Source of the DNA: Lingula anatina
Lineage: Eukaryota > Animalia > Brachiopoda
Direction: 5' to 3'
Assembly (NCBI GenBank): GCA_051362555.1
Contig: CM120645.1
Location: 18,290,001 to 18,354,000, forward strand
Length of the DNA: 64,000 bases
Part shown: positions 1 to 12,406 of the stretch, piece after piece
Position numbering within the stretch: the stretch's first letter is position 1
Layout: each line of letters opens with the position of its first letter
Made by a program: the position numbers and the translations under genes
The notes under the pieces: generated by a model
Database searches by the model: none
Told to the model about the DNA's origin: nothing
Seen by the model: only the letters and a program-made list of their open reading frames with translations

Positions 1-839
1 TTTTCTTCTGTATCTCTGTAACTAGGCAAGCAAACATGACAAATGAAGTGTCTACACCTATGTTCTCAGGGTCAGGGAATGTGATAAATCAGATTTCTTG
101 TCTTATGGGTAGCACTGACTTTGTGAATCGTGTCCGAGTAGCATCTTTTATTGTTTGTTCCCTGTATCTGTCAAACACAAGTCAATCTGCTGATAGTTAG
201 AACCTTCCTTCAGAACTGCTTTTACGTTAACTAGGCAAGCAAACATGACATATGAAGTGCCCACACCCATGTTTTCAGCGTTAGGGAAAGTGATTAAGAC
301 ATTTTCACTACAATCAAATCAGCAATGAGTGCTACACTGTCACACTGTAGCAATTATTCGAATCTGAATTGAATTTTGCAATTAAATACTGCGCTGCCAT
401 TGGGATGTAAACATATTGGATCACACAACTGCCCCTTTTACCTAGATTTAAAAAAAGATTACCTTATTAATGCAATGGAGAGATTTGCTGAATCAAGTAA
501 TTCATGTGATGCAATGTACAGACTTCACATTTAAAATGGATTTTTTTCAAACATATTTTCTTTGAATTTTTCCCATATATTGGTAATGAATGAAAAAACA
601 CTTGTTATCGTGTTCGATATGGCTTTAATAAATCAACCCGTGTGAATACATCATCAAAAAATTTAATTTAAATAATAATTTAATATTCAAATCAGCGTTA
701 TAAACAGCGCATGGATAATTTTTTAGCTGATAACGAGGTATTAAATTCTTATGAACTTGATGTTATCAAGAATATCAGTTGGTAAGGATTTTCTCTCACA
801 CAAAAGAATCATCAATACAAATTTGAAAAATGGAAACTG

Positions 840-1810
840 ATAACAACACGTGCAGCCTCTTCTAGCTGCAACCAGAGCCCTCATTCCATGTAGAGAGGTT
901 TCTGAGAGTATGATCCAGTATTGTGTTACACGCATTAGTCAGAGCTTGCCTAAGCTTGTGCCAATTTGTAGGGTGGACGGGTAAGCTCTTGATTCTGCTA
1001 GCGATTTATGCCCACAGGTTTTCTATAGAATTCATGCCAGGGGAATTTCGTCGGCCAAGGCAACTGGTTTACCTCTTGGTTTTGCAGAAAAGCAGTTATT
1101 GCATGGGCATGGTGTGGTCGGGCATTGTCATCTTGCAGGATGAAGTTATCCTGGAAGTACCTTCTTGCAAATTGCAAGCAAGTATTCTCTAAAATGTCCC
1201 TGTATTTTATCTGGTTAAGGTTTCTGTCAATTGCCACCAATAGTGTTTTGGCTCCAGAGTGGAAACCGGCCCATACACAGATACTGCCACGGCCGCAAGT
1301 CACTGTAGTGTGACACAATCCTCGTGCAGTAACTCGTCTGGAAACCTACTGACTCTGATTCAGTCATCGCGGTGGTGGAACTCAAACTCTGCCTCATCTG
1401 TAAAAATCTACATGAACCCAGTGCTGTGCCTGGAACCGCAAATGGCGTCTAGCCCACCATGTTGCTCTGTTCATAGAGTTAACCAGCTAAAAGTAGCCTT
1501 GCATTCACTAGAGTTCTAGAAACATGCTTTTGAATGGTAATTTGCCACTCATTTTGTACAGCAAGAGTTGTCTTTGTCCGGTTGTTGCGACATAACCGCA
1601 GAAGCAAGCGGTCTTCCCTTCTGGTGGTGACTTTAGGACATCCTGCCCGTGGTCTCTGTGTTAATGCACCAGTCTGGGCGTGTTTCTGTAAGACGTTACA
1701 AACTGCTCCCTGGGACACATTCAGCTGTCTGGCAATAGCAGTTTGCTTCTGTCCATTCTGGCATAATGCAACAATAGTGTGGCAAGTTGCTCCCGTTAGT
1801 TCACATACCG
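840..1810 (-). pseudogene. Degenerate Tc1-family (DD34E) transposase
   Basis: HTH region (IARQLNVSQGAVCNVL..RPRAGCPKVTTRREDRLL), a stop at ~1479, a frameshifted F-TDE motif at ~1400, and VWAGF. QDDNARPH is followed, after a 1-nt frameshift correction, by WPTKFPGMNSIENLW, giving 34 aa between D and E. The C-terminus reads ALVAARRGCTCCY. Confidence 0.9.
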
Positions 1811-1959
1811 TAAGGTCAGCTAAGAGTCTGCAAAATATCAAACTCTTCTGACTGGACGTTGTCGAAATATAGAGACTTATTCTGCAGAACTGCTGCCCAT
1901 TTATACGCATTCTGTAACCAGCCACAGAGGACTGCTCAGAGAAACTGCCACATATTACG

Positions 1960-2191
1960 TAAGGCGGGCCCTGACCCCCCCCCCCCCCTTTCGTATTCTG
2001 GTCCCCCCTTGAAATTATAATTTTGACTAGCTGAATCATAGTTGTAAACCATACCAAATGGCACCGTTCGCCCTCTTGAATACCAAAATGTTGTGTGGCC
2101 CTTCAACAGGCCCCTAACCCGTTGCCAAGTGGGGGAGGGGGGGCTTTGCATTCGCGGACTCCCCCTTCAAATAATCCTGGATCCGCCTCTG
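1960..2191 (-). mobile_element. Fragment of a CAGAGGCGGATCCAG-type MITE
   Basis: Ends in CTGGATCCGCCTCTG, resembling the terminus of the 54786 element. It has poly-C/poly-G tracts, and the other end is unclear. Confidence 0.45.
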
Positions 2192-3335
2192 CTCACCTTG
2201 CCTTATAATTGATAGGCAAGCACTGACAATTTCACTGGAAAAGCCTGACAATGCAGTGACCTTTGGTAATTTGGCTGACACGTACGTAAGAGCAGTTCTG
2301 AAGGCAGGTTCTAACTATCAGCAGATTGACTTGTGTTTGACAGATACAGGGAACAAACAATAAAAGGTGCTAGTCGGACATGATTCACAAAGTCAGTGCT
2401 ACCCATCAGACAAGAAATCTGATTTATCACATTCCCTGACCCTGAGAACATAGGTGTAGACACTTCATTTGTCATGTTTGCTTGCCTAGTTACAGAGATA
2501 CAGAAGTAAAACGGTTTTTCAGTAATGGCGATCCTAATTTGCATATTTAGGAAAATTGCGTAAATCTAATTCTAACAGAAACATCTTAATAATGTTCCTC
2601 GACCCTGAAAATATAGGTAAAGACACTTCATTTGTCATATTTGCCTGCCTAGTTCCAGAGGTATTGCAGAAAATAGGAAATCTGGCGGCCATTTTGCTTT
2701 TTTGCAAATTAGACCATTTAAAACGCAAAATTTCGCTTGGGAACCGGGTAAATCGGATTCAGCATCCCAAAATTATGCTAATAAGCCTGGTTCCCAACTT
2801 TTACCCCAAAATGCCCCTTGCCTCTTATGCAGAGCCTTTTTTCAAAAATCTCACTAGGCTATAAGGCTTCAGGCCCATAGGAGTTCAAGTTTACACTTTG
2901 AAAATGCTAGAATGAGAAAAATGAAAATTTCACACAAAATTGCATAAATTCAATAATAAATGATAACCCAATTGAGCTGGCTTTCTAATTTGAACTGCAT
3001 GCCAATCCTGAAAATCATACATGTAAGTTAAAAATAATAATAAGTAACACAGTTTTCTTTTCATAATGTTTGTAGTAGCAGTGCAAAAAGATTTTGTCAA
3101 TTTTGGTGTAACATTACATAATAAATTAGAGAATAATAATCACCAATTTTTTATCATTGACTACAAATAGCATGGACATGTAGAAAATTTGATTACCATT
3201 CGGCTTCAAGGCCATGGGAGCTCTGAGTCCCACAATGAATATGCCAACATGATAAAAATGAATATTTCACTAAAATGTATAACTTCCAGAAAAAGAAGCC
3301 AATTAGACTGCTTTTCCAACTCAGGCTGCATTTTA

Positions 3336-3560
3336 GATCCCATTCCCATAGATTTTAGAACGATCTATCCCTGTGGGGAGTCTCACTTGATTACTGTCAG
3401 CTTAGCTGGCTTACGCGTCTGTCCCGCCTACTAAAAGCTGTAAGGGGGTAATTAACTATGGTGCGCGCTCGACTGAGTGCAATTTAGCGTGAACCCCCAG
3501 GGAGTTAGGTTGATCTAAATCTAAATATCTAGATCGATCTAAATTTCTGGGAATGCACCC
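3336..3560 (+). mobile_element. Harbinger-like MITE, family H1
   Basis: TTA flanks both sides and the TIR is ..CATTCCCA/TGGGAATG. The host repeat without the insert is seen at ~3890. Homologous to the copies at 45281, 45500 and 53204. Confidence 0.8.
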
Positions 3561-5697
3561 TTAGTCCTGTGTGTCTTTTTTGAAAGTTTGATAATCATAA
3601 GTAACATGGTTTTCTCATAATGGTCATCATGGCAGCAGCACCCAAAATTATATTTTCTTCTATTTTGATGCAATATTACATAATGCTTAACAGCATAATG
3701 ACCATCAATTTTTAATAATAAAATATACATATAATGGATTTTCAGAAAATGTGACTAGCATGGGTCTTCAAGCCCATGGAGGTTATAAGTCACACCTTGA
3801 AAATGCCAATATGTGAAAAATTAAATTTTCACAAAAAACTGTTTAACTGCCAGAAAAATTTACCAAACAGACTGCATTACCTACTGAAGCTGTATTTTAG
3901 TCCCATGTTTCTTTCCTGTAAGTTTGAGAACAGTAAGTGACATGGTTTTCCTTAAAGATGCATAAAAAGTCAATTTTTTGTCACAAAAACCAACCAAATG
4001 CCAGCATATAGTTTCAAGTAGTATAACTAAGAGAATTACCAAAAGGCATTGTTTAATTTTACCCAAAAATGATGTTTGAACGGATTTTTCTGCTAGCATT
4101 CTATGCTGTATGTCAATGGGGCAGAAAAGTAGGTCACGAAAGTAGGTTAAATTTCCAACCAAAAATTTAAAGAAAGGAGCAGTCTAAAGCTCTTTTATGA
4201 CTGATCGAGTGACCTATTCAGTTTATCCCTTGGCATGTCGAATATATTTGAGTCATATAATAATTTAAGTAGTAGAAGTGGTTTACATGTGTTACTGGGA
4301 ATCCACGGTCCACCAATGCTTGGTTCATATGTACCTTTAAATGGTCATCATGGGAGCAGTGCCCAAAATCACTGACTCCAATTGTTACACTGCCCCCACC
4401 CTTTTAAATGATTCTACTAAATTATTTCACATTTTTCCCCTTTTTAGGGTCTCAAAGACTAAATGGTATCTTGTGTTTGTGGACTTTGGCTAATATATGT
4501 TTGATCCATAAGTGTCAAAGTGTATTTTTGTTTTACTTCAGAACTTGCCAACAGGTTTTGTTTGGTAAAAAAAAAATACCCGTAAGTGCTCAAGGCTTGC
4601 AGGAGATCTGCGCATCACCCAAATAAATCTGTATGAATTTCACCTATAACAAATTTTGTAATATTTGGTAAAGCTGACGTATTTCTATCAGATAGAATAA
4701 AGGATATGCAACATATTTCAACCCAGTGGACTTCATACTATTAGTAGATGTTTATAAACCAACAAGTACAATCTGTATTCTAAGGGTTCCATTCACTTTA
4801 TTTACCAACTATGACTGAAGAGACAAACGTGTTTGAATGGGTGTGGTTCTTGTCATGACAGATATTAATGCTATTCATATGTAAAATTTGAGTAGATATA
4901 TAAACCAATAATAAAACTAATGAACGTGACATCTAACTATGACTGAGTATGGTAATTACTATATCAATAATTAATATATATATATATGCAAATATAACTA
5001 CAGGGTTCATACAAGAACAAAGAAAATCTCAAGTGTTTCCAAGGACTTATGATGCTCTTTTTCAAGTACTTCTGACATTTTTTTTTTAATGTAGTTGAGG
5101 ACATTTAATGGAGTACATCGCACAGAAACAAGCAGCAATGCTGTCAAATGTACAGACATAAAAGCAAATAATGATGCACAAAATGGGTTACTGTCTCAAT
5201 TTTGATCCTCTTTTACATGATGCTTAACACCAAAATAAACACCAAATTTTAACGAGATTAAGCTCATTCAAGTTAAATGGTAGCTATGGATATATCTGTT
5301 TTAATTGTAATGAAATTGGAGCTAGTGGAATGTGGAAGATTAGGTCCAATGTCAAATTTAATAAAAGACAGAACATTTACAAAGAACAATTCATGGTGAG
5401 AAGTAGCTCAAAGGTCAAATTAATGTCACAGTAAGATGGCCAATATAAGACTTTCCATTCAAGTTCAATAATAACTATTGGTGTATCTCTGTCAGTTTTG
5501 GAGATATAACGGCCAGAAAATTTGCAAAGTTCAGTTCATGGTCGATAGTAGTTTGAAGGTCAAGATCAAGGTGATCTTTCTACTCAAGTTTAACCATATG
5601 GGCACATCTCTAGATCTGCTAGTTTTGGAATACTTAACATTTAAAAAAAATTTCAACACTAAGCAGTACTTTTTGAAATAGTACATCTCCTAAACTA

Positions 5698-7969
5698 CGG
5701 TAAAGTCTTGAAAATTTCGTCGCTTAAAAATTAATTAATATTTTTAATTGTGTAAATCCGACTAATTTTTCAAAATTACCTCTCCCCGACTCCTGGGTAT
5801 GACGAAATTTTCAAAAATCCGGCCTTTGTGCTTTTATCCTTAGCGGCTGTTATCTTTGACCCTCCTATATTGTGGGATATTTATTACTACTTCCTAAGTC
5901 ATTTTCTGGTGGTAAATAATAATCTATTTATTTGTGCATCTCTTTTAAGTTATATTTAACTTACTGTACCCGAAAATATGTTGAGAATTATCTTCTCGGT
6001 AAGAAACATACCTCCTGATAGAGAAGAAGGATCAAGATAAGCCTAATTGCAACCTTGCATCATAACCTGGATGCGACATATTAAAAAAAAAAAATTACGC
6101 ACTTGGCAACGTTTGTTGCATGCAGGGCTTTTCCCAGGATTAAGTGTCAGGCCTTCTAAAATTACCATCTGTAACTTCCTAAAAATTTACAGGGAGTTAA
6201 AATAATTGCTCCCGCTGACGATCATCTGCAATTTAAGTTCCTTGAACTAATATGAAAACTGCATTTTATTATTGCTTACATCGCGAACGATCTCCCGATG
6301 ATGATATGAAAATTGCCTTTTCGTCTCACTCGGATCGCGAACGATCTCCCTCTGACGATCTTACGCGAACTAAGTCCTGACGATATTACTCAAACGATTC
6401 TTCGCCGAAGATATGCCGTGAGCGGGGAAGGGGGGGGGGGTGGGTTTAAAGATAAAATGAAAAATATATATTATTTATAAAATTCAAAGGGGGAGGGGGG
6501 TTAAAATAATTATCTCCTGCTGACGATCTTCCACGAACGAAGTTCCCTTGAACTAATATGAAAAGTGCATTTTATTCTCGCTTACATCGCGAACGATCTC
6601 CCGATGATGATGTGAAAATTGCCTTTTCGTCTCTCTCGGATCGCGAACGAACTCCCTCTGACGACCTTACATAGCGAACAAAGTCCTGAGGATGTTACGC
6701 GAACGATTCTCCGATGAAGATATGCCGTGAGCGGGGGAAGGGGGGGGGGCGTTAAAGATAAAATGAAAAATATATGTTGTTTATAAAATTCAAAGGGGGA
6801 GGGGGGGGTTAAAATAATGATCTCCCGCTGACGATCGTTGGCAAACTAAGTTCCTTGAACTAATATGAAAACTGCATTTTATCATTGCTTACATCGCGAA
6901 CAATCTCCCGATGAAGATATGAAAATTGCCTTTACGTCTAGCTAGGATTGCGAACGATCTCCCTCTGATATGATCTTACGCGAACAAAGTCCTGATGATC
7001 TCCGCCGAAGATATGCGGTGAGTAGGGAAGGGGGGGGGGGGTTAAAGATAAAATGAAAAATATATATTATTTATAAAATTCAAAGGGGGAGGGGGGTTAA
7101 AATAATGATCTCCTGCTGACGATCTTCCACGAACGAAGTTCCCTTGAACTAATATGAAAAGTGCATTTTATTCTCGCTTACATCGCGAACGATCTCCCGC
7201 TAAAGATATGAAGATTGCCTTTTCTTCTCTCTCGAATCGCAAACGATCTCCCGCTGGTGATCTTACGCGAACGGAGTCCGCTACAAATATGAAAATTATC
7301 TTCTCGTCTCGTCTGGATCGCGAACGATCTGTTGACGATATTACGCGAACGATTCTCCGCTGAAGATATGAAAATTGCCATCTCGTCCCATTCGCATTGC
7401 GAACGATCTCCATGTTCGAGCCAGGTAATCGTTAAATGGTCCTAAATTGAACATGGCCATGAATAGAAGTGACAGGTACATTTCCCTTCGAGATAATATC
7501 TTGATTTTTTCATTGTGTCTTCCTCATTTAGGACAGCCGCCGATAACAATAACGGCGTTACAAATGACAGAGCCGCGGCCTGTGTCTTCTATTTGCCGCC
7601 TTGAGCCATGTAATAGTAATAAAACTAAAGACAAAAGGCCGACGTTCCCGCAATTGAGAACGGGAATTTACATCTAAACCATCTATATTGTGAATGACCG
7701 CTCGCAGGGGCGCACTATTGTTCCCATCTCCCATTGAGAGTGTTATCGGCAATGATATCCTGATCGTATCATTGTCTTGAATCAACTGACGCATTACCTT
7801 TATGTTTGAGCTGGACAACGCGGCCATATTTGGCGACGAACTTTTCAAAAATTATCGAGTACCTCATATTCAAGGTCGACGAAGTTTTCAAAGGGAAAAA
7901 AATTACGTCTGCGGAAAATCGTCGGCCGACGAAATTTTCAAGAACGACGAAATTTTCAAGACTTTACCG
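5698..7969. mobile_element. Non-autonomous Tc1/mariner (pogo-like) element, TA TSD
   Basis: TA|CGGTAAAGTCTTGAAAATTTCGTCG ... CGACGAAATTTTCAAGACTTTACCG|TA, a perfect 25-bp TIR. Confidence 0.9.
6197..7410 (+). repeat. CpG-rich tandem array of ~290-310 bp units built from GCGAACGATCTCC sub-repeats
   Basis: Units start at ~6197, 6500, 6809 and 7097, and the three complete units carry poly-G tracts. Confidence 0.9.
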
Positions 7970-8243
7970 TATACGAAAAACACAAAACAAGGAAAGAAAC
8001 CACTTTCAGTGTTGCACTTGAAAAGCACTACACATTGCAACAAACAAAAGGTCTCTAGCTTTTAAGGTTCCAGAATAACAGTTTTCAGTTGGGCATCTAA
8101 TGGCTGCCTCTTGCGTCATAAGGTACCTATCGACCCCTAAATTAAGGATGATGAATAAAGACCCTAAGTGTAACTTCTCACCATAATATCAAACTAAATC
8201 ACCAAAATTAAATACCTTTTCATATTTTTTAAACAAAATTTAA

Positions 8244-8579
8244 AGGGATAATAACTCTTTGTATGAGATCTATATTTCACAATAAAAACATTGTGAACAA
8301 CTCATAGAAATATAATATATTATGTTTTACCACAAAAACGGCAGTTATAGCTATTATTCTGATATCTGAGCTTGTCTTTAGACCATGTGCCCTCCATCGA
8401 TGGCTATACTCTGTTATAATCTCTTAAGAGATTATAACAAAAAAACAAACTTTTTAGAAAAAAAAACAGGGACTAACTTTGAATGTAAAAATGGATTCAT
8501 TAACCATTGGTAAGTATGGGAAAATTGTTGTTTACTCTAGGAAAATTCATTTTTTGGCCAAAAAGAAGTTATTATCCCT
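8244..8579. mobile_element. Kolobok-like MITE (TTAA TSD)
   Basis: TTAA|AGGGATAATAACT ... AGTTATTATCCCT|TTAA. A reverse-orientation copy lies at 44113-44453. Confidence 0.85.
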
Positions 8580-9964
8580 TTAATTTTAAAGTATAGGTTA
8601 AAATCTTATGTCATGCTCAAAATCTCCACGTCTTTTGGTCAGACTTCTATACTAACTTTTCCAATAATTCATTCAGTTTGGGAGATATTTTGAATTCAAT
8701 TTTTACAATATGATATTTTGAAAAAATGTACTGATGTTGTGGAGTTTTGTTCTTGACTTTTATTTTAGTAATATTGATCATTCTTGTTTGAAGTCAACAG
8801 GCCTACCAGTTTTCCTTGAAATGTGAAAACAGCATAACTTTGAAAGAAATGGTCCAATCATGATTTTCAAACTTGACCTCTATTATATGAATATTCATCA
8901 GTTCTGCAGGTTTGAAGGAAATCGGTCAAACAGTTTTCCACTTATTGTGTTATCAGTGAGAGTGCATGGCGACGGCAACGACAGATGTTGGTCAAAGCTA
9001 TATGTACAGACACAAGTCTGTGCATAAAATAGATAATTAACATTTCATATAAACTTTTTATTTTAATTTTTTGTTATTTTCATGCTTCGTCATTAACACA
9101 TTAATGACGAAGCATGAAAATAACAAAAGATTTGACAATGTTATTTTTGACAATTTGGTCAGTAATCAAATTCAAGTACTTTTCAAGGACAAAAATGATG
9201 GAAAACAAGCCTTTTTCAATTATAACAGCAATTTCATGAACTACACAAGACCTCAAAATAAATTCAAAAAGCAGGCTTTAATTCAAGCATTTTTCAAGGC
9301 TGTATGAACTCTGAATTACAGGTAAGCAGGATGAAAAGAGGTACAGAGTCATTGAAAAACCTGACATTAAACCATTCACATTCTTGTGAACAACTAAAAA
9401 AGGTTACCATTTCAAGTCATTTCTTTCACTTCTGATAATAAACGTTGGCATTTCACCTGCATGTTTAATATAAGTCCAGTCTGAATGACTTTCTTTTTCT
9501 AAGATTCTCAGAAAAAATTCTCTCACTTTCTCTCCTTTTCATACCCCTACATAAATAAGAAACTATCTAATATGGAAATGCATGCTGGAAAGAGAAACTC
9601 TAAAGAAAATGGGAATAAATAAAACTTAAGTATAAAATGTTCATAAAACTACGTAAGTACAGAAAAAAAAGTCTGCACACCTTTAAGTACCAAAATGTAT
9701 GCATCACCAAAGTGTGGAGTTCACCTTGGCAATGGAGTGGTAGGTTTACTAACATAAATGATAGCTAATAACCATTTCTTACTAAGACATATGCTAGCTA
9801 CTGACCATTTCTTGCAAACTTACATGGAATTGAATGTCTGATTTGACAAATGAACGCAGAAACTTGTCCTTTGTACAGTAGTCTCAATCAGATTGCATAT
9901 TCATGCTTTCACCAAATAAAGCTGATACCTGCACAGGTTATGTCATGTTTATTTTTAGCTCAAA

Positions 9965-10205
9965 GGGTTAATTCCCATAAACCTCATCAGTCTATGTAGA
10001 TCGATCCAACTGTGCAGGGACTCACTGATTGCAATCAGCTTAACTGAATGACATACCTCCTCTTTATTCCTATGTACTCATCTAATCACCAGCTTTCCTG
10101 TATTATACACAAAGCCAGGAGGCATGTCATCCAGTTAAGCTGATTGCACGGAGACCCCACAGAGTTGGGGTGATCTACATAGACTACTGGGGTCTTAGAG
10201 CAAAT
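9965..10205. mobile_element. Decayed foldback MITE, family H2
   Basis: The arms AGTCTATGTAGATC..TGCAATCAGCTTAACTGAATGACATACCTCC and GGAGGCATGTCATCCAGTTAAGCTGATTGCA..GATCTACATAGACT are reverse complements. Relatives lie at ~24030/25350 and 52815-53050. Confidence 0.75.
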
Positions 10206-12406
10206 TAGTCTTAATCTAAAGCCTTAGCAAAAAACCAAAAGTATGTATTCTCTAGATGAAATCCGTAGTGTCTTTTTCATATGATAAAAAACAACCCCAA
10301 CTCATGACACATAATTCATTAATTGTACAAGAATTAAAATTTGCAGCATCAGCAAAGAGGCCAAATAAGCAGAGGTCATTGGTAAAATGCTGAAGCTTTC
10401 ATGGATTTTAGTAAAAAAAGTTGCTTGCAAAACAATCCTTCAGTATAGAAGAGATGGGCAAGAGTGTAACCAAAAGTGTGATTCTTATAATTAACAGGAT
10501 AATTTACATTTGTTGAAATCATCAAATAGTCAGTTTGTATTGTAGCTGTAAAATATCACATTTGGTCTTAAAAGTGGAAGAGTTGCGGTGTGATAACCGG
10601 CACGCCAATTGTCTCATTGCAATATCTGCAGTGCCCTTCCTTGTGGCATTAATAATCCTAAGAAATATGCCTTTCAGTGTATTTACCAAAATATGTAAAA
10701 AAACTTACTTCTTTATTTTATTTCCAAATTCTTACTCCCTGTCATAATAATTCCAACTAACTCATAATACTTAAACTGAGGTATAAATGTAATAAGGCCA
10801 TCTGCCTACAATTTCATAAATTCTTGACAGTGAACATTCCCAGATACAACACAATCCATATAATTTTCAGTATATTCATAACTCCTACACATAAACACAT
10901 ATTAGGTTTTCTATTCAGACAAACCCAAACTCATTTGCAAAACAAATATTTCTTTAAAATCTCACCTTGTTAACAAGTGGAATTAGATTTTTTAAAGCTC
11001 TACAGGACTGGTTTAAAGATCTGTCTACCATTATTCCAGTTTTGCTCCAGTGAAGTAGTTGTTCTTTGTTTTTATTGTACACAATATATGTTCCCCATTG
11101 TTTACTCAAGGACAGCTGGCAAGATCTTTAAGGGTTATTATAACATATGCCCTTCCTTAAACAAAGTTTATTTTTGCTAATTTCTAGCATGAACTGGTCC
11201 AAATATTTTAACCTGGAGTTCTTTCTTTTCTAGTCATATCTGTGAAATGGGTTTGCCCCATTTGTTAGGCTTTCCTTATAACTTCATATGCTCAGTGTAA
11301 TCATCAAATTAGACATAGATCTAGCTCGTACTAGACACATGGGACTTAAAATCGAGATATCTTTAAAATTCCACAAATGTAATTGATTTGTCATGTCTCC
11401 CATGACAAATCAACATGCAAAAAACTACCTGTAAAATGTTCCCATAACTTTTTTACTCTTTGCTTTGGATGATTGACTGTTTTAAGCAAAACCTGATATT
11501 TAAACATTATATAATGGGAAAAAAGACATAATAATAATAACACTTAGAACAACATTAAAAGTTATGTCATTACATTATACATTGATATTAAAGTGACAGC
11601 ATAATAATACAGAAGCTTAACTTTATCAGTACACCCAGTCTATACTTTAACTTGATTTTTTCCCCAAAGAGATTGCTAACAGGATCAAAAACAATTTGAG
11701 GTTAAACTGGACAGAGCACATAATCATTATTTAAATGCGGGTCAATAGGAATAAATCATGATGAATTTGATAAGAAATATACAGAAAGTTAATCAACATA
11801 AAATATAAAATGTTTTACTCTTGCTATATAAAACCTTACATCAAAAACATCAGTTTCTAAGTTTTGGACTCAAAAGTTTTAAAAATATTTTGCACATAAG
11901 AGAAAACTAGATTGGTATAAATCTGAAAAGCCCAGTTTCATAAATTCTCTTCAATCTAGCTAAATTATGTTACTTAACCATGTCATTTAAATATGCTTTG
12001 ACAGTCAAGTATTGCATGTTATACACTCAAACATTTAATACAAGGCTATTTTCTGAAGCTGAATAGCTAACTGATATTAGTCCCTCCTTATAAAAAACAT
12101 AAATAAATAGAAGGTCATTATAATGCATGCACCAGCCAGTTTTCTTGTTTCAATGTCCCACCTTCTTGGTAACATGTACATAACTAAAAACTTTTATCTT
12201 TTCTTTCAAAATGATTGCCATCATCAAAATACATCTATCAATTACATATCATGAAGCCTTCCATTCTTGTTTTTAAATTGTTGACCCTGTTTTATTTCCC
12301 AATTCCATTTCATTCCAACAATGCATGGAGTCATAGCAGGAGAAAAGATAAACTAACTAAATGCATCCTCAATTCACAGTTCATATACAAACATTTTTCC
12401 AAGATG

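Larger units (their letters stand above)
1..2861. mobile_element. Long-TIR non-autonomous DNA element (Academ-like terminus); left end lies outside the window
   Basis: 1-227 is a near-identical inverted copy of ~2284-2510. The right arm continues to ...CTCACTAGGCTA (2861), after which a different dispersed repeat resumes. No TSD is checkable. Confidence 0.6.
5390..8720 (+). mobile_element. HINE/Helentron-like element (same family as 18531) interrupted by two insertions
   Basis: 5390-5697, 7970-8240 and 8584-8720 match successive parts of 18840-19960. Confidence 0.65.

Noticed and set aside
1810-2057. N-terminal 80 aa of the 192-aa ORF as part of the transposase
   Set aside because: This is read-through of upstream sequence and an inserted poly-C MITE fragment.
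6197-7410. CRISPR-like repeat-spacer array
   Set aside because: The context is eukaryotic, the intervening sequences are themselves repeated, and there are no cas genes. It is a tandem satellite.
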